From contig CAVXVB010000009.1 in NCBI GenBank assembly GCA_963765205.1, positions 896,001 through 960,000 of the forward strand: 64,000 nt of DNA, written 5' to 3'. Both the position numbers and the translations under genes were made by a program. Positions 1 through 9,324 of this stretch are shown here, one piece after another. Source of the stretch: an uncultured Verrucomicrobiae bacterium (GTDB lineage: Bacteria; Verrucomicrobiota; Verrucomicrobiia; Opitutales; JABDGR01). Numbering within the stretch: position 1 is the first letter of the stretch; the number at the start of each line of letters is the position of its first letter. Below the pieces are notes generated by a model, which did not search any database, was not told the origin of the DNA, and saw only the letters and a program-made list of their open reading frames with translations.

Positions 1-136
1 CTGGAAACCATGGCAGGGAAGGAAAGGATTGAACCATTCGCCCGCCGCGGCTGCAGCCATGTTTACATTGGCTATAATTCTCAATTTACGGCGTTTTTAC
101 GGAGCCAAATCCACCATTTAGGGTTATAATATTAAA

Positions 137-835
137 ATGATCATCAAACCCCTACCCTGTCTGGTTGCTGTAATGTTCGGTCTTGCCATGGTGGGCGCAC
201 AGACTACCTCGCCGTTCGGCACCCCGCCGCCACATGCCCCCAGCGTCCCCTTGCCGGCCACCCCTGCCCCGGCGCTCGGGCCTGCGCCCCTCATCACCTT
301 GGCGGCCGAACAGAAAACCGGCACCTTTTCGCCGGAGAATTCCCTCATGACCGGCCCCAACCGGGTCACCATCAGCACCACCTCGAGCGATGGCACCACC
401 ACCTCGATCAGCAGCCGCCAGCTCGGCAGCGTCACGGCGGGCGCCACCGCGACGACTTGGGTCGAAATCACCGTGCATAATGTCAACAGCACCCCCTTGT
501 CGCAATTGACGATCCATTACACCCTTTACGTCAAATCCACCCTCGAAGGCACCGGCGCGAGTTCAGTTACCTGGAGTACGCCGCAAGGCGCGGAATCCAT
601 TGATATTCCCGCCGGCGGCAACACCGTGGTCAAGACCACTCCCGTGCAAAAAGTCATTTCCAACACCGCCACCACCACCATCAAATATCCCGGTATTGAA
701 ACCTCGTCCGCCAGCACCATGGTGTCCGACATCGCGGGCTGGGTCATCGAGGCCACCTACCAAGGCCGGCCGGTCAAAAAGCTGGCGCACCCCGACGACA
801 TTCAGGACCAATATAAAGCGGCGACCGGGCGGTGA
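137..835 (+). CDS. secreted hypothetical protein (signal peptide, Pro-rich linker, Thr-rich beta domain)
   Basis: 232-aa ORF, hydrophobic N-terminus ending VGA-QTT, GC-rich codon usage; no family recognised. Confidence 0.75.
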   Translation: MIIKPLPCLVAVMFGLAMVGAQTTSPFGTPPPHAPSVPLPATPAPALGPAPLITLAAEQKTGTFSPENSLMTGPNRVTISTTSSDGTTTSISSRQLGSVTAGATATTWVEITVHNVNSTPLSQLTIHYTLYVKSTLEGTGASSVTWSTPQGAESIDIPAGGNTVVKTTPVQKVISNTATTTIKYPGIETSSASTMVSDIAGWVIEATYQGRPVKKLAHPDDIQDQYKAATGR

Positions 836-976
836 GCGGATATAATTTCGAATATTGGTTGGGAAACGGCTTGATTAAGCCCCAAGTGAAAGGTGGGGTG
901 CCTAAGAGTTTTCCTTAGCGATTTCGAGTGGCCGCACCCATTTACGTTTTAGCGGTTCCGCGGTATATTCTATTAC

Positions 977-1540
977 ATGAACACTTCAAAAATAGGCTTG
1001 GCGAAACAAAACCTTCGGCTGACCGGGCTGCGGGTAGGAGTCCTGATGGTGGTCGTGGCAATGGCCGGAGGGGTGGCGACGCCGCTCAACGCAGCCGCAG
1101 GCGGGCGGGGTGGCGGTGGTGGGGGTCGCGGCGGCGCGTCCCGAGGCGGAGCCGCCCGCGACGGATTCCGCGGCGGATACGGGCCGGGGCTGCGGGTGGG
1201 GGGAAATTGGGGCTGGGGACCCGGTTGGGGCTGGGGGCTGGGTTTGGGGTTTGCCGGCGGGTTGATCTATTCCTACCTGTATCCCCCGTATTGGTATGAT
1301 TATTCCATCTGGCCGCCCTATGAATATAGTTACGTGCCGGATGTCAGTACGCAGTATGTGGTGGTTCCACCCGCCGTGCCCCTGCCTTCGACGCCCGCGC
1401 CCGCCGTGTCCGCGCCGACGACCACCGTGACCACCGGCACCACGGGCCGGTTGCTCTATGATGCACAGGGCAATCCAATCGGCGTGCTCCTGGTGCATCC
1501 CGACGGCACGCAGGAGTTTGTGCCGGTCAGCAGAAATTAG
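977..1540 (+). CDS. Gly-rich exported/membrane hypothetical protein
   Basis: Signal-like N-terminus, GGRGG tract, GWGPGWGWG and YPPY-rich segments. Confidence 0.7.
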   Translation: MNTSKIGLAKQNLRLTGLRVGVLMVVVAMAGGVATPLNAAAGGRGGGGGGRGGASRGGAARDGFRGGYGPGLRVGGNWGWGPGWGWGLGLGFAGGLIYSYLYPPYWYDYSIWPPYEYSYVPDVSTQYVVVPPAVPLPSTPAPAVSAPTTTVTTGTTGRLLYDAQGNPIGVLLVHPDGTQEFVPVSRN

Positions 1541-2092
1541 TTTTGGGATTCGAGTTTCAATTTCGAGTTGGGAAAAAGCGGCAGTCGTGGTTAGGCTTTT
1601 GCCGCTATGAAATCCCTGCCTTGTCTCGTTGCCTTTGCGGCTTTTCTCGCCATCGTGAGTGCGCAAACCACCGCACCCACCACCATGCCCACGCCCTCCC
1701 CCACCCCGACCCCCGCGCCCAACCCCGCCGTCGGCAGCACTCCCGCCGCCACCCCCATCCTCGCCACGGCGGGCAAAATGAACTCGCAGGTCATCCTGTG
1801 GGAATCGCTCAAGGCCATCGCGACGGCCACCGGCCAGCGGCGCGATGTGTTTGATTTGCCGACGCCGACACTCGACAAATTCCACTGCCATATCTCGACG
1901 CTCAATCCGGGCGAGAACACGGGCGCGCTGCACCGGCATCCGCAGGAGGAGTTGGTGATCCTCAAGGAGGGCACGCTCGAAATCAACATTGACGGGAAGA
2001 AGCAGACGGCGACGCCAGGTTCGTTGATTTTCTACGCGGCCAACGAAAACGAAAACATGACGAACATCGGGAAGACCCCGGCGACGTATTAT

Positions 2093-3305
2093 GGGCGCCT
2101 CTATTAACCCCCAAGCCGCTTGACATTGATAAGACAAGGTGACAGAACGTGACATGCACTACCGAAAATCCGAGTCGCAAGGAGGTTTGTTCGATTATCA
2201 CCAGCATTGCGCCGGGTTGGCGGCGCGGGGCACGAGTCTGGACCGGCTGAAGGCGGCGGTGGACTGGGAAGCCTTCCGCGCCCCACTCGAGCGCCACCTG
2301 GCCTATGAGGACGGGGCCAAAGGCGGGCGTCCGGCGTGGGATCCGGTGCTGATGTTCCAGGTGCTGGTGCTGCAAAAGTTCCACGGGCTGAGCGACGCGC
2401 AGACCGAGTTTCAAATCCTCGATCGGTTCAGCTTCCAGCGGTTCATGGGCCTGCGGGCGGGCGACGCCGCGCCGGACGAGAAGACGATCTGGGTGTTCAA
2501 GGAGCGCCTCGGCCCGGACGGGGTGCGGGCGTTGTTCGAGTTGTTCAACGCGCAACTGGCCGCGCGGGGGCTGATCGGCCAGCAGGGCAAGATCGTGGAC
2601 GCCACGTTTGTCGAGGCCCCGCGCCCGCGCGCCGCGCGCCAGCCGGAGCATCCCCCCGCCGCGCGGCAGCAGGACGCCGACGCCCGCTGGACCGAGCAAG
2701 GCGGCCAGGCGCACTACGGTTACAAAAACCACGCCAAGGCCGACGCGCGCAGCAAGCTCGTGGCGGACTACACGGTGACCCCCGCCAACACCCACGACAG
2801 CCAAAAACTCGACGAGCTGGCCGCGCCCGGCGACCGCGTCATTTACGCCGACAGCGCCTACAGCGGCGGGCCCATCGCGAAACAACTCGCGACCAAAAAG
2901 CTCGCCGGGCGCATCCTGGAAAAAGCGCGGCGCGGCCATCCGCTGACCCGCGCGCAGGAAAAACGCAACCGCCGCCAAAGCGCCGTCCGCAGCCGGGTCG
3001 AGCACGTCTTCGCCCGGCTGGCCCACTGGCGGGCAGACTGGTTCCGCCGCAAAGGTTTGGCCCGCGCCCGTTTTGAAATCGGCCTGGCCAACCTGGTTTA
3101 CAACCTTGACCGCTACGCCTGGCTGCAAAGTGCCGGTTAGAGCCGGACGAATCGCGCCCCGCTGCCGGTTCAGAGCAAGAAACCCACTCATCATCCCGCC
3201 AAACCACCGCGGGCAACTCATGCCGGGCGCTTCCCTCCCGGATGCCGCTAGAAAATCACGCAAAATTACCCTTGTGTGGCCCAAGCCAAGTTGTTAGAAG
3301 TGCCC
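2093..3305 (+). mobile_element. IS5-family insertion sequence, 1213 bp
   Basis: Imperfect terminal inverted repeats GGGCGCCTCTATTAAC (2093-2108) and GTTGTTAGAAGTGCCC (3290-3305), 12/16 match; TTAT duplicated at 2089-2092 and 3306-3309; internal transposase. Confidence 0.92.
2154..3140 (+). CDS. IS5-family DDE transposase
   Basis: GGRPAWDP, PDEKTIW, IVDAT, YGYKNH, YADSAY and RSRVEHVF motifs; start could also be GTG 2139. Confidence 0.92.
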   Translation: MHYRKSESQGGLFDYHQHCAGLAARGTSLDRLKAAVDWEAFRAPLERHLAYEDGAKGGRPAWDPVLMFQVLVLQKFHGLSDAQTEFQILDRFSFQRFMGLRAGDAAPDEKTIWVFKERLGPDGVRALFELFNAQLAARGLIGQQGKIVDATFVEAPRPRAARQPEHPPAARQQDADARWTEQGGQAHYGYKNHAKADARSKLVADYTVTPANTHDSQKLDELAAPGDRVIYADSAYSGGPIAKQLATKKLAGRILEKARRGHPLTRAQEKRNRRQSAVRSRVEHVFARLAHWRADWFRRKGLARARFEIGLANLVYNLDRYAWLQSAG

Positions 3306-3631
3306 TTATGTGATTCAGTTCTACACGGCGCTGACGCCGAAGGCGTGAAGGCGACGGAGGGAACCGGAAACCACGGATGGCACGGATCCCGCCGGGGCGG
3401 GACGGATGGAAGAAAATCATCGCGCAGAGCAGCGGAGACGCAGAGAGGAAAGCGGGCATGACCGATCCCGTTTGGGGGCCGGAAGAAGTGATTGCACTCC
3501 CAGACCAAAAGGATGTAGAAAAGGCGGCATGGAAACAAATTCACCCCCATCATGGCAAACGCAGGCCTTGATTTTCCTGGTCGTCGTCATCGGGTGTGTC
3601 TTCGCCTGGGTGTTTCTGGGATTCTAGGATT

Positions 3632-4273
3632 CCCGGGCTGACCGGGCCGATGGCAAAATGCGTGACTTGAGCGGAATAATCAAAACTGTAGCCGAAAAAA
3701 ATTCTGCAACTCATTATACTGTAATGCGATGTAGTTTCTATTTTGGCTATGACTCGAATGAACGTGCTCTAAAAGTCGGAGCGGGGCTTTTGTGCGAGTG
3801 TGTTTTCAGGGTAATTAAGTGGAGCCTGACCCGCTCCGGCCCCGGCACTAGACTAGGTTGTCTGCTTGGGGATGGCCCCCCCCTCTCCCCCTATATGCAC
3901 TAGACAACTCTGTCTAGCGGCGCGGGAATCGGTGGATGGGTATTATTTTAATCATTGCCGGACAATAGGATATAAGATATTTTTGCAGAGGTTAGTGGGT
4001 TGCGTTGGATGAATTGGATGGGGAACTGGAACTGAGAGAAAATCGCTTTTGGGGGGTTGCTTGGGTTTCCCGATTTCACGACCGGGTCTCTTGCGCGGTT
4101 GCATATTCTTCGATAATGCGCAAAGGAGTGCTTGGGCCCTCCTCCTGCAAAACTTAAAACCTGACCGCTTCCGCCTGGGCTGAGCGGGCCAATGGCAAAA
4201 GACGTGACTAAAAGTCGGCGTGGGGCCACTCGTGCGAGTGCTTTTTCAAGGTAATAAGGTGCAGCCTGACCCC
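3632..4273 (+). repeat. two diverged direct copies of a ~100-bp unit ending in GGTAAT(T)AAG..G(G/C)AGCCTGACCC
   Basis: 3632-3667 resembles 4174-4209 (GGGCTGAsCGGGCCrATGGCAAAA..CGTGACT); 3761-3832 resembles 4201-4272 (AAAAGTCGG..GGGGC..GTGCGAGTG..TTTTCArGGTAAT..GCCTGACCC). Confidence 0.75.
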
Positions 4274-4541
4274 TGCTATGAGCCTGGCTGCCGTGGGCGC
4301 GGCAGCAAAGGAGCTGAGGCGCTAAGTATGGTTTGTAAGAACGCTCAACGTTTAACATTTAACGTTCAACGCTTAAGTGCCAAAAACCGGAATGGCGGTT
4401 GCATGCGCCGGCTCAGGCGCAATCATTGCCACTTTGCGTTATACTTGAAGGATGCGACCGGAGCCTCGCATCCCCGGCTGGCCGGCCATTTCGGCTCGCG
4501 TAGTCCCACCTGCCTGAGCAAACTCATCTCCTCCCTCCGCC

Positions 4542-5453
4542 ATGACCCATCCTTCCAAAACTCAGGTAATAAGAAGGTGCAGCCTCAGCCTGACCCTCTT
4601 GACCCTAGCGGCTAAATTGGCCGCCGCCGGAGTGAGCAAAGACGACATCATCCAAGGCGTTCAGCAGGCCGCTAATGCCCAGCCGATTAGCGCCTATGGG
4701 AAGGTGGTGGATCAAAACGGAAATCCCGTTTCCGGTGTGAGAGTTGAGGGCAACACGTTGCTGAGCGCGGGGGGCGATCGAAGCAGAAATGAAATATATG
4801 AAACGACGACGGATGGCCAGGGCTTGTTCAAGTTTGAAAACCTGCATGGCCTCAGCTTCGGCTTTGGCCTGGAAAAGGCCGGTTATGAATTCAACCCAAA
4901 ATTATATCTCGACTGGTGGGGCAACTATAAAGCCGATCCAGCGCATCCAGCTGTTTTCGTTATGTATAAGCTTCAGGGTGCCGAGCCGATGGTGCACACG
5001 CCATTCGGCCGCACCATTCCGTGCGATGGCACGGCGGTTCGATATAATTTGCTCACCGGAAAGGAAGTGGCCAGCGGTGGTGATCTGAACGTCCAATTTA
5101 TCCGCAATCCGGTGCAGATTCAACGTGGCAAGCCCTTTGAATGGACTCTAACCTTGACAGTACCCGGCGGGGGTTTGCTTGAAATTCACGATCCATATCC
5201 CTATGAAGCCCCCGCTGACGGTTACCAGGAAACTGTAACCATTGGCACTGGCCTTGACCTTAAGAATTATGTCGATTCCGTCACTAAAAACTACTACTAC
5301 AAATCCGCCGATGGGAAATTTGGTAGGTTATTTGTGAGATTGCAGGCCGATTTCCAGCCCCCGCCGACAAGCTTTGGCGGCAGCATCTACCTCAATCCCT
5401 CTGGTTCTCGTAATCTCGAATTCGATTCAACCAAGCAAGTGAAGTCGAAGTGA
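4542..5453 (+). CDS. secreted protein with a carboxypeptidase-regulatory-like (Cna-B type) domain
   Basis: YGKVVDQNGNPVSGVRV..TTDGQGLF..LEKAGY pattern; C-terminal YLNPSGSRNLEFD; lower GC than the flanks; true start uncertain. Confidence 0.75.
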   Translation: MTHPSKTQVIRRCSLSLTLLTLAAKLAAAGVSKDDIIQGVQQAANAQPISAYGKVVDQNGNPVSGVRVEGNTLLSAGGDRSRNEIYETTTDGQGLFKFENLHGLSFGFGLEKAGYEFNPKLYLDWWGNYKADPAHPAVFVMYKLQGAEPMVHTPFGRTIPCDGTAVRYNLLTGKEVASGGDLNVQFIRNPVQIQRGKPFEWTLTLTVPGGGLLEIHDPYPYEAPADGYQETVTIGTGLDLKNYVDSVTKNYYYKSADGKFGRLFVRLQADFQPPPTSFGGSIYLNPSGSRNLEFDSTKQVKSK

Positions 5454-5484
5454 AAAATCGCGGGCATCTGCTCCGATGAAGGCC

Positions 5485-5512
5485 CAGGGTCAGGCTGCAT
5501 CTTATTACCTGG
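5485..5512 (-). repeat. inverted copy of the GGTAATAAG..TGCAGCCTGACCC repeat
   Basis: Reverse complement CCAGGTAATAAGATGCAGCCTGACCCTG matches 4247-4273 and 4563-4597. Confidence 0.8.
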
Positions 5513-5828
5513 CCGGGCGGGATTTTGCCCAAGGGCGGCCAGGACGATAATTTCTTTCTGGGTTCTGGGTTCTTGGTGCGCGGGTTGGTGGCGGGTGGGG
5601 CGCGTAAATGATTTGCCCCGCTGGCCGCCGCGCTGTTGGATATCCTGACTGGCCATGATTAAAGCATTAAATCCCCCGCCCGAGGCGCCCGTTCGCAAAA
5701 CCGCGATGGCTAAATCGCTGGAGCGCACGTTCCGACGGATTGATAGAAGCTTGCGCGCCGAACCCAAGCGCCTCGGATTCCTTGCGCAGAGCCGCAGAGA
5801 AAGAGTTTTTCTGACAGAATTAAAAAAA

Positions 5829-6581
5829 TTAATACGTGGCGCGGCCGCCGGTGATGTCGAAGGTGGCGGCGGTGGTGAAGGAACACTCTTCCGAGCACAG
5901 CCAGGCCACGAGGGCCGCGACTTCCTCGACCCGGCCGAGGCGGCCTAGCGGAATTTTGGCCAGCATATAGGCGAGGTGCTCCTTGGAAATTTGCGAGAGG
6001 ATTTCGGTTTCGATGACCGCGGGGGTCACGCAGTTGACGCGGAGGCCGGTGGCGGCCAGTTCCTTGCCGAGCGATTTGGTCAGGCCGATGACGCCGGCCT
6101 TGGCCGCGCTGTAATGGGAGGCGTTGGGGTTGCCTTCCTTGCCAGCGACGGAGGAAATGTTGACGATGCGCCCGTAATTTTTTCCGAGCATGAGCGGCAC
6201 GACGGCGTGGCAACAGTAGAAAACGCCGAGGAGGTTAAGCTCGACGACGGTGCGCCATTCATCAAGCGAACATTCCCAAAGTTTTTTCGACACGCCGGCG
6301 ATGCCCGCGTTGTTGACCAGAATGTCCACGGAGCCAAATTTGCGTTGCGCTGAATTGGCGGCTTTTTTGACGGCGGCGGCGTCCGTCACATCCACGACGA
6401 TCGTTTGCACGCGGCCGGGCGCGGCGAGTTTTTGGGCGGCGGCTTTGAGGCGCGCGGCATCGCGGTCCCACACGCTGCACCGCGCGCCGGACGCGAGGAG
6501 GCGTTCAACAATGGCGTAGCCGATGCCCCGCGCGCCGCCGGTGACAATCGCATTCCGCCCCTGGAGGTCAATTCGGTTCAC
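5829..6581 (-). CDS. SDR family NAD(P)-dependent oxidoreductase (FabG-like)
   Basis: TGGARGIG, NNAG, catalytic S and YSAAK; probable GTG start at 6581. Confidence 0.92.
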   Translation of the reverse strand: MNRIDLQGRNAIVTGGARGIGYAIVERLLASGARCSVWDRDAARLKAAAQKLAAPGRVQTIVVDVTDAAAVKKAANSAQRKFGSVDILVNNAGIAGVSKKLWECSLDEWRTVVELNLLGVFYCCHAVVPLMLGKNYGRIVNISSVAGKEGNPNASHYSAAKAGVIGLTKSLGKELAATGLRVNCVTPAVIETEILSQISKEHLAYMLAKIPLGRLGRVEEVAALVAWLCSEECSFTTAATFDITGGRATY

Positions 6582-6761
6582 GGTCGTGTATTGCGGGAAT
6601 TTTGGGTTTCGCGCAAACCAACAAATCTGTAGGCGTTTCAATCAGCCTCCGGCAATGGGGAGGATGAAAAACCTGCTCCGTGCTTCCCATTGAGTCTTAA
6701 TGCTTCTGAGCGATCGTAGTTTCGTAAGTCCGCAGCACGGGTTGTATTTCCAGCTCTTCAC

Positions 6762-6807
6762 AAAAAACGGTCGGCGAGACGCCGACCGTGGCGACCGGGA
6801 CGGTCGC
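6762..6807 (-). terminator. double hairpin (REP-like), probable intrinsic terminator of the phosphorylase gene
   Basis: ACGGTCGGCG-AGA-CGCCGACCGT with a T-tract on the minus strand, plus GCGACCG-GGA-CGGTCGC. Confidence 0.6.
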
Positions 6808-6849
6808 GCTCCCCGGGACAAAGAGGCACACCAACTCCGATCATGCGCT

Positions 6850-8199
6850 CTACGCCACGCGTTCGACGACGAGGATGGGGGGCGTGGGGCGCTTGGGGGC
6901 GAGGCGGTAGGCGGAGCGGAGGTATTCGAGCGAGGCCTCGAGCTTGGATTCGTCGTTGTAATGGATCATCATCAGGGGCTCGCCTTGCTTGACCTGGGTG
7001 CCGACTTTCTTGATTTCGGAGACGCCGACGGCGGGGTCGGGCTTGCCTTTTTTGTTGGCGGCGAGGATTTGCACGCCGTGGGCGATCATGCCGGCGTTGA
7101 TGGTGTGGACGTAGCCACGCTTGGGGGCGGGGAGCTTGCGGATGTATTTGGCGGGCGTGAATTTCGAGGGGTCGTCAATGAAGGCGGTGTTGCCGCCCTG
7201 GGCCGCGACCATTTCCTTGAACTTGGCGAGCGCGGAGCCGTCGGCGAGGTGGGTCTCGACGGTTTGCTTGGCGGAGAGGGTCGAGCCGGCGACGCCGGCG
7301 AGGCGAACGATTTCCATGCCCATCTTGAGGACGAGGTCCTTCAAGTCCTCGGGGCCTTCGCCTTTGAGGAGCTTGATGGCTTCGGCGACTTCGAGGGCGG
7401 TGCCGACGGTGTCGCCAAGGGGCTGGTTCATGTCGGTGACGAGGGCGACGCAGCGGCGCTTCATGCCGCGGGCGACGCGGGTGATGGAGCGGGCGAGTTG
7501 CTTGGCCTGTTCGAGGTCCTTGATGAAGGAGCCGTTACCCCACTTGACGTCCACAGCGAGGCCTTCGGCGCCTTCGGCGAGTTTCTTGGCGAGGACACTG
7601 CCGGTGATGAGCTGGAGGCTGGGGACGGTGCCGGTCTGGGCGCGCAATTTGTAAAGGATGCTGTCCACCGGCGCGATGTCGGCGTTGGGGGCGTAGATGG
7701 CGCAGCCGACTTTGAGGAGCTGCTCGACAAATTGCTTGAGCGGGAGGTCGGCGCGGAAGCCGGGAATGGCTTCCAGTTTTTCGACAGCGGTGATGAGATA
7801 GTCCTCGTCCACGCCGTTGACGCAGGGCATGACGACGCCGCAGGCGGCGGCGAGGGGGGGCAGGACGAGGGAGGTTTTATCGCCAACGCCGCCGGTGGAG
7901 TATTTGGCGATTTTGGGGCGGGAGATGCGGCCGAGGTCCACGACTTCGCCGGAGAGCATCATTTCCTCGGCGAGGGTGGCAGTTTCCTGGGCGGAGAGGC
8001 CCTTGAAATAAATAGCCATCGCCAGGGCGGAAAGCTGGAAATCAGGCAGTTCCTCGTCGTGAATCGAGTCCACGATGAAACGGATTTCGTCCTCGGAGAA
8101 TTCACCGCCGTCGCGCTTCTTCTCGATGAGGTAGGAGAAGGACGGTTTGATGAATTTGCGGGTGCCGGACCCCGAAGTGGAGGTGAAGTCGGAGGACAT
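6850..8199 (-). CDS. thymidine/pyrimidine-nucleoside phosphorylase family protein (divergent active site)
   Basis: IEKKRDG, KxSTGGVGDK, KLEAIPGF, SVLAKKLAEG, DVKWGNGSF, TDMNQPLG and the C-terminal PYNP_C domain. Confidence 0.9.
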   Translation of the reverse strand: MSSDFTSTSGSGTRKFIKPSFSYLIEKKRDGGEFSEDEIRFIVDSIHDEELPDFQLSALAMAIYFKGLSAQETATLAEEMMLSGEVVDLGRISRPKIAKYSTGGVGDKTSLVLPPLAAACGVVMPCVNGVDEDYLITAVEKLEAIPGFRADLPLKQFVEQLLKVGCAIYAPNADIAPVDSILYKLRAQTGTVPSLQLITGSVLAKKLAEGAEGLAVDVKWGNGSFIKDLEQAKQLARSITRVARGMKRRCVALVTDMNQPLGDTVGTALEVAEAIKLLKGEGPEDLKDLVLKMGMEIVRLAGVAGSTLSAKQTVETHLADGSALAKFKEMVAAQGGNTAFIDDPSKFTPAKYIRKLPAPKRGYVHTINAGMIAHGVQILAANKKGKPDPAVGVSEIKKVGTQVKQGEPLMMIHYNDESKLEASLEYLRSAYRLAPKRPTPPILVVERVA

Positions 8200-8384
8200 A
8201 GGGAAAGCAGAAGGACGGGCGGGAACCCAGGAGAGGCCGGGAACTTTGCCCGTAAACCTTTACGGGTTAGCGCATTAGGCACGCGGTTGTCAAACCTATA
8301 ATTTGAGTGGGGTCGGCCAGGCCGGAATGGGTCTCAAAAATTGCGCGGATTCAACAGGTGGAGATTGACCGCCTCAAATTCATT

Positions 8385-8473
8385 TTCACCGCGAAGGCGC
8401 GAAGAGCGCAAAGGGTCAATTCTGCTAATTCCGTCAAAAATCCCCTTTGCGTGCTCTGCGCCTTGGCGGTGAA
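8385..8473. repeat. 31-bp inverted repeat with 9-bp periodicity (MITE/REP-like)
   Basis: TTCACCGCGAAGGCGCGAAGAGCGCAAAGGG ... CCCTTTGCGTGCTCTGCGCCTTGGCGGTGAA, 26/31 match. Confidence 0.8.
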
Positions 8474-8486
8474 TTGTCTTGGGGCT

Positions 8487-9324
8487 TTACCGCCGCCAAC
8501 TGAACTGGGTGGGGCCGGTGAGATCCAGTTCCTCGCCGCGCATGAAGACGCGCATGGCGGAGAAGGTGAGCAAAGTAATGAAGACCACGAGCACGGTGAC
8601 GCTGAGCCAGGGGCTGGCGAAAAACATATGTTCGCGTCCGAGGAGCGCACCGCGCACCAAATCCACCGCGTAGGCCACGGGGTCGAGATGCGCGAGCGTT
8701 TTCATCCAGGACGGCGCGGGTTGCAACGGATACATTGCGCCGGACAGAAAGAACATCGGCAGGATGATCGCGTTGGTCATGATCGGGAAGACCGTGGTGG
8801 AGGTGAAGCGCGAAGCCATAGCCACACCCATGGCCGAGAAGGTGAGCGCGGCCAGAATCATCGCGGGAATGGCGAGCAGGACGCCGTCCCAGCCGGGATG
8901 AATTTTCAAAAACGGCAGGAAGCACATGAGCAAACAGCCCTGCGCGAGCGCTTGCAGCGCGCCGGACACAACCTTGCCCACCGCAATGGCGGGCCGTGCC
9001 ACTGGCGACACGAGCACGGCCTTGAAAAACCCGATTTGGCGGTCGAAGACAATCGTGATGGACGCAAACGTCGCAGCAAACAGGAGCGCGAGCGAAATGA
9101 CGCCGGGAAAAATGAAACTGCGGTAATCGCCGGCATTGGGCGCGGCGGCCCGCCGCGTTCGCGGCCATGGCCGCACCCATAGGCCGCATGGTCATGCTCG
9201 AACCGAGGCCGGACCCGAGCACAAAAAGATAGAGCAACGGCTGGATCAGGCCCGTGATGAGCCGCACGCGGTCCTGCGTGAACCGCTTCATGTCGAGCGC
9301 GATGATGGCCCAGATACCTCTCAT
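8487..9324 (-). CDS. ABC-2 type transporter permease (DrrB-like), one +1 frameshift near 9150
   Basis: N-terminal MRGIWAIIALDMKRF..LIQPLLYLFVLG joins DYRSFIFPG..FFLSGAMYP..DPVAYAVD in another frame; ATGA overlap with the upstream ATPase. Confidence 0.85.

Larger units (their letters stand above)
1607..3348 (+). pseudogene. secreted cupin-domain protein interrupted by an IS5-family element
   Basis: Cupin motif HRHPQEELVILKEG. Removing 2093-3305 and one TTAT copy restores ...TPATYY-VIQFYTALTPKA* ending at TGA 3346-3348. Confidence 0.85.

Noticed and set aside
3406..3627. Small ORFs, e.g. METNSPPSWQTQALIFLVVVIGCVFAWVFLGF
   Set aside because: A plausible single-TM peptide, but overlapping frames compete and nothing else supports it
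3706..3732. dif/Xer-like site (CATTA-TACTG-TAATG)
   Set aside because: 5-bp centre and no XerD arm (TTATGTTAAAT-like)
3632..4606. Possible CRISPR array from repeated ~25-30-bp motifs
   Set aside because: Spacing is 300-440 bp and irregular, copies are diverged, no cas genes
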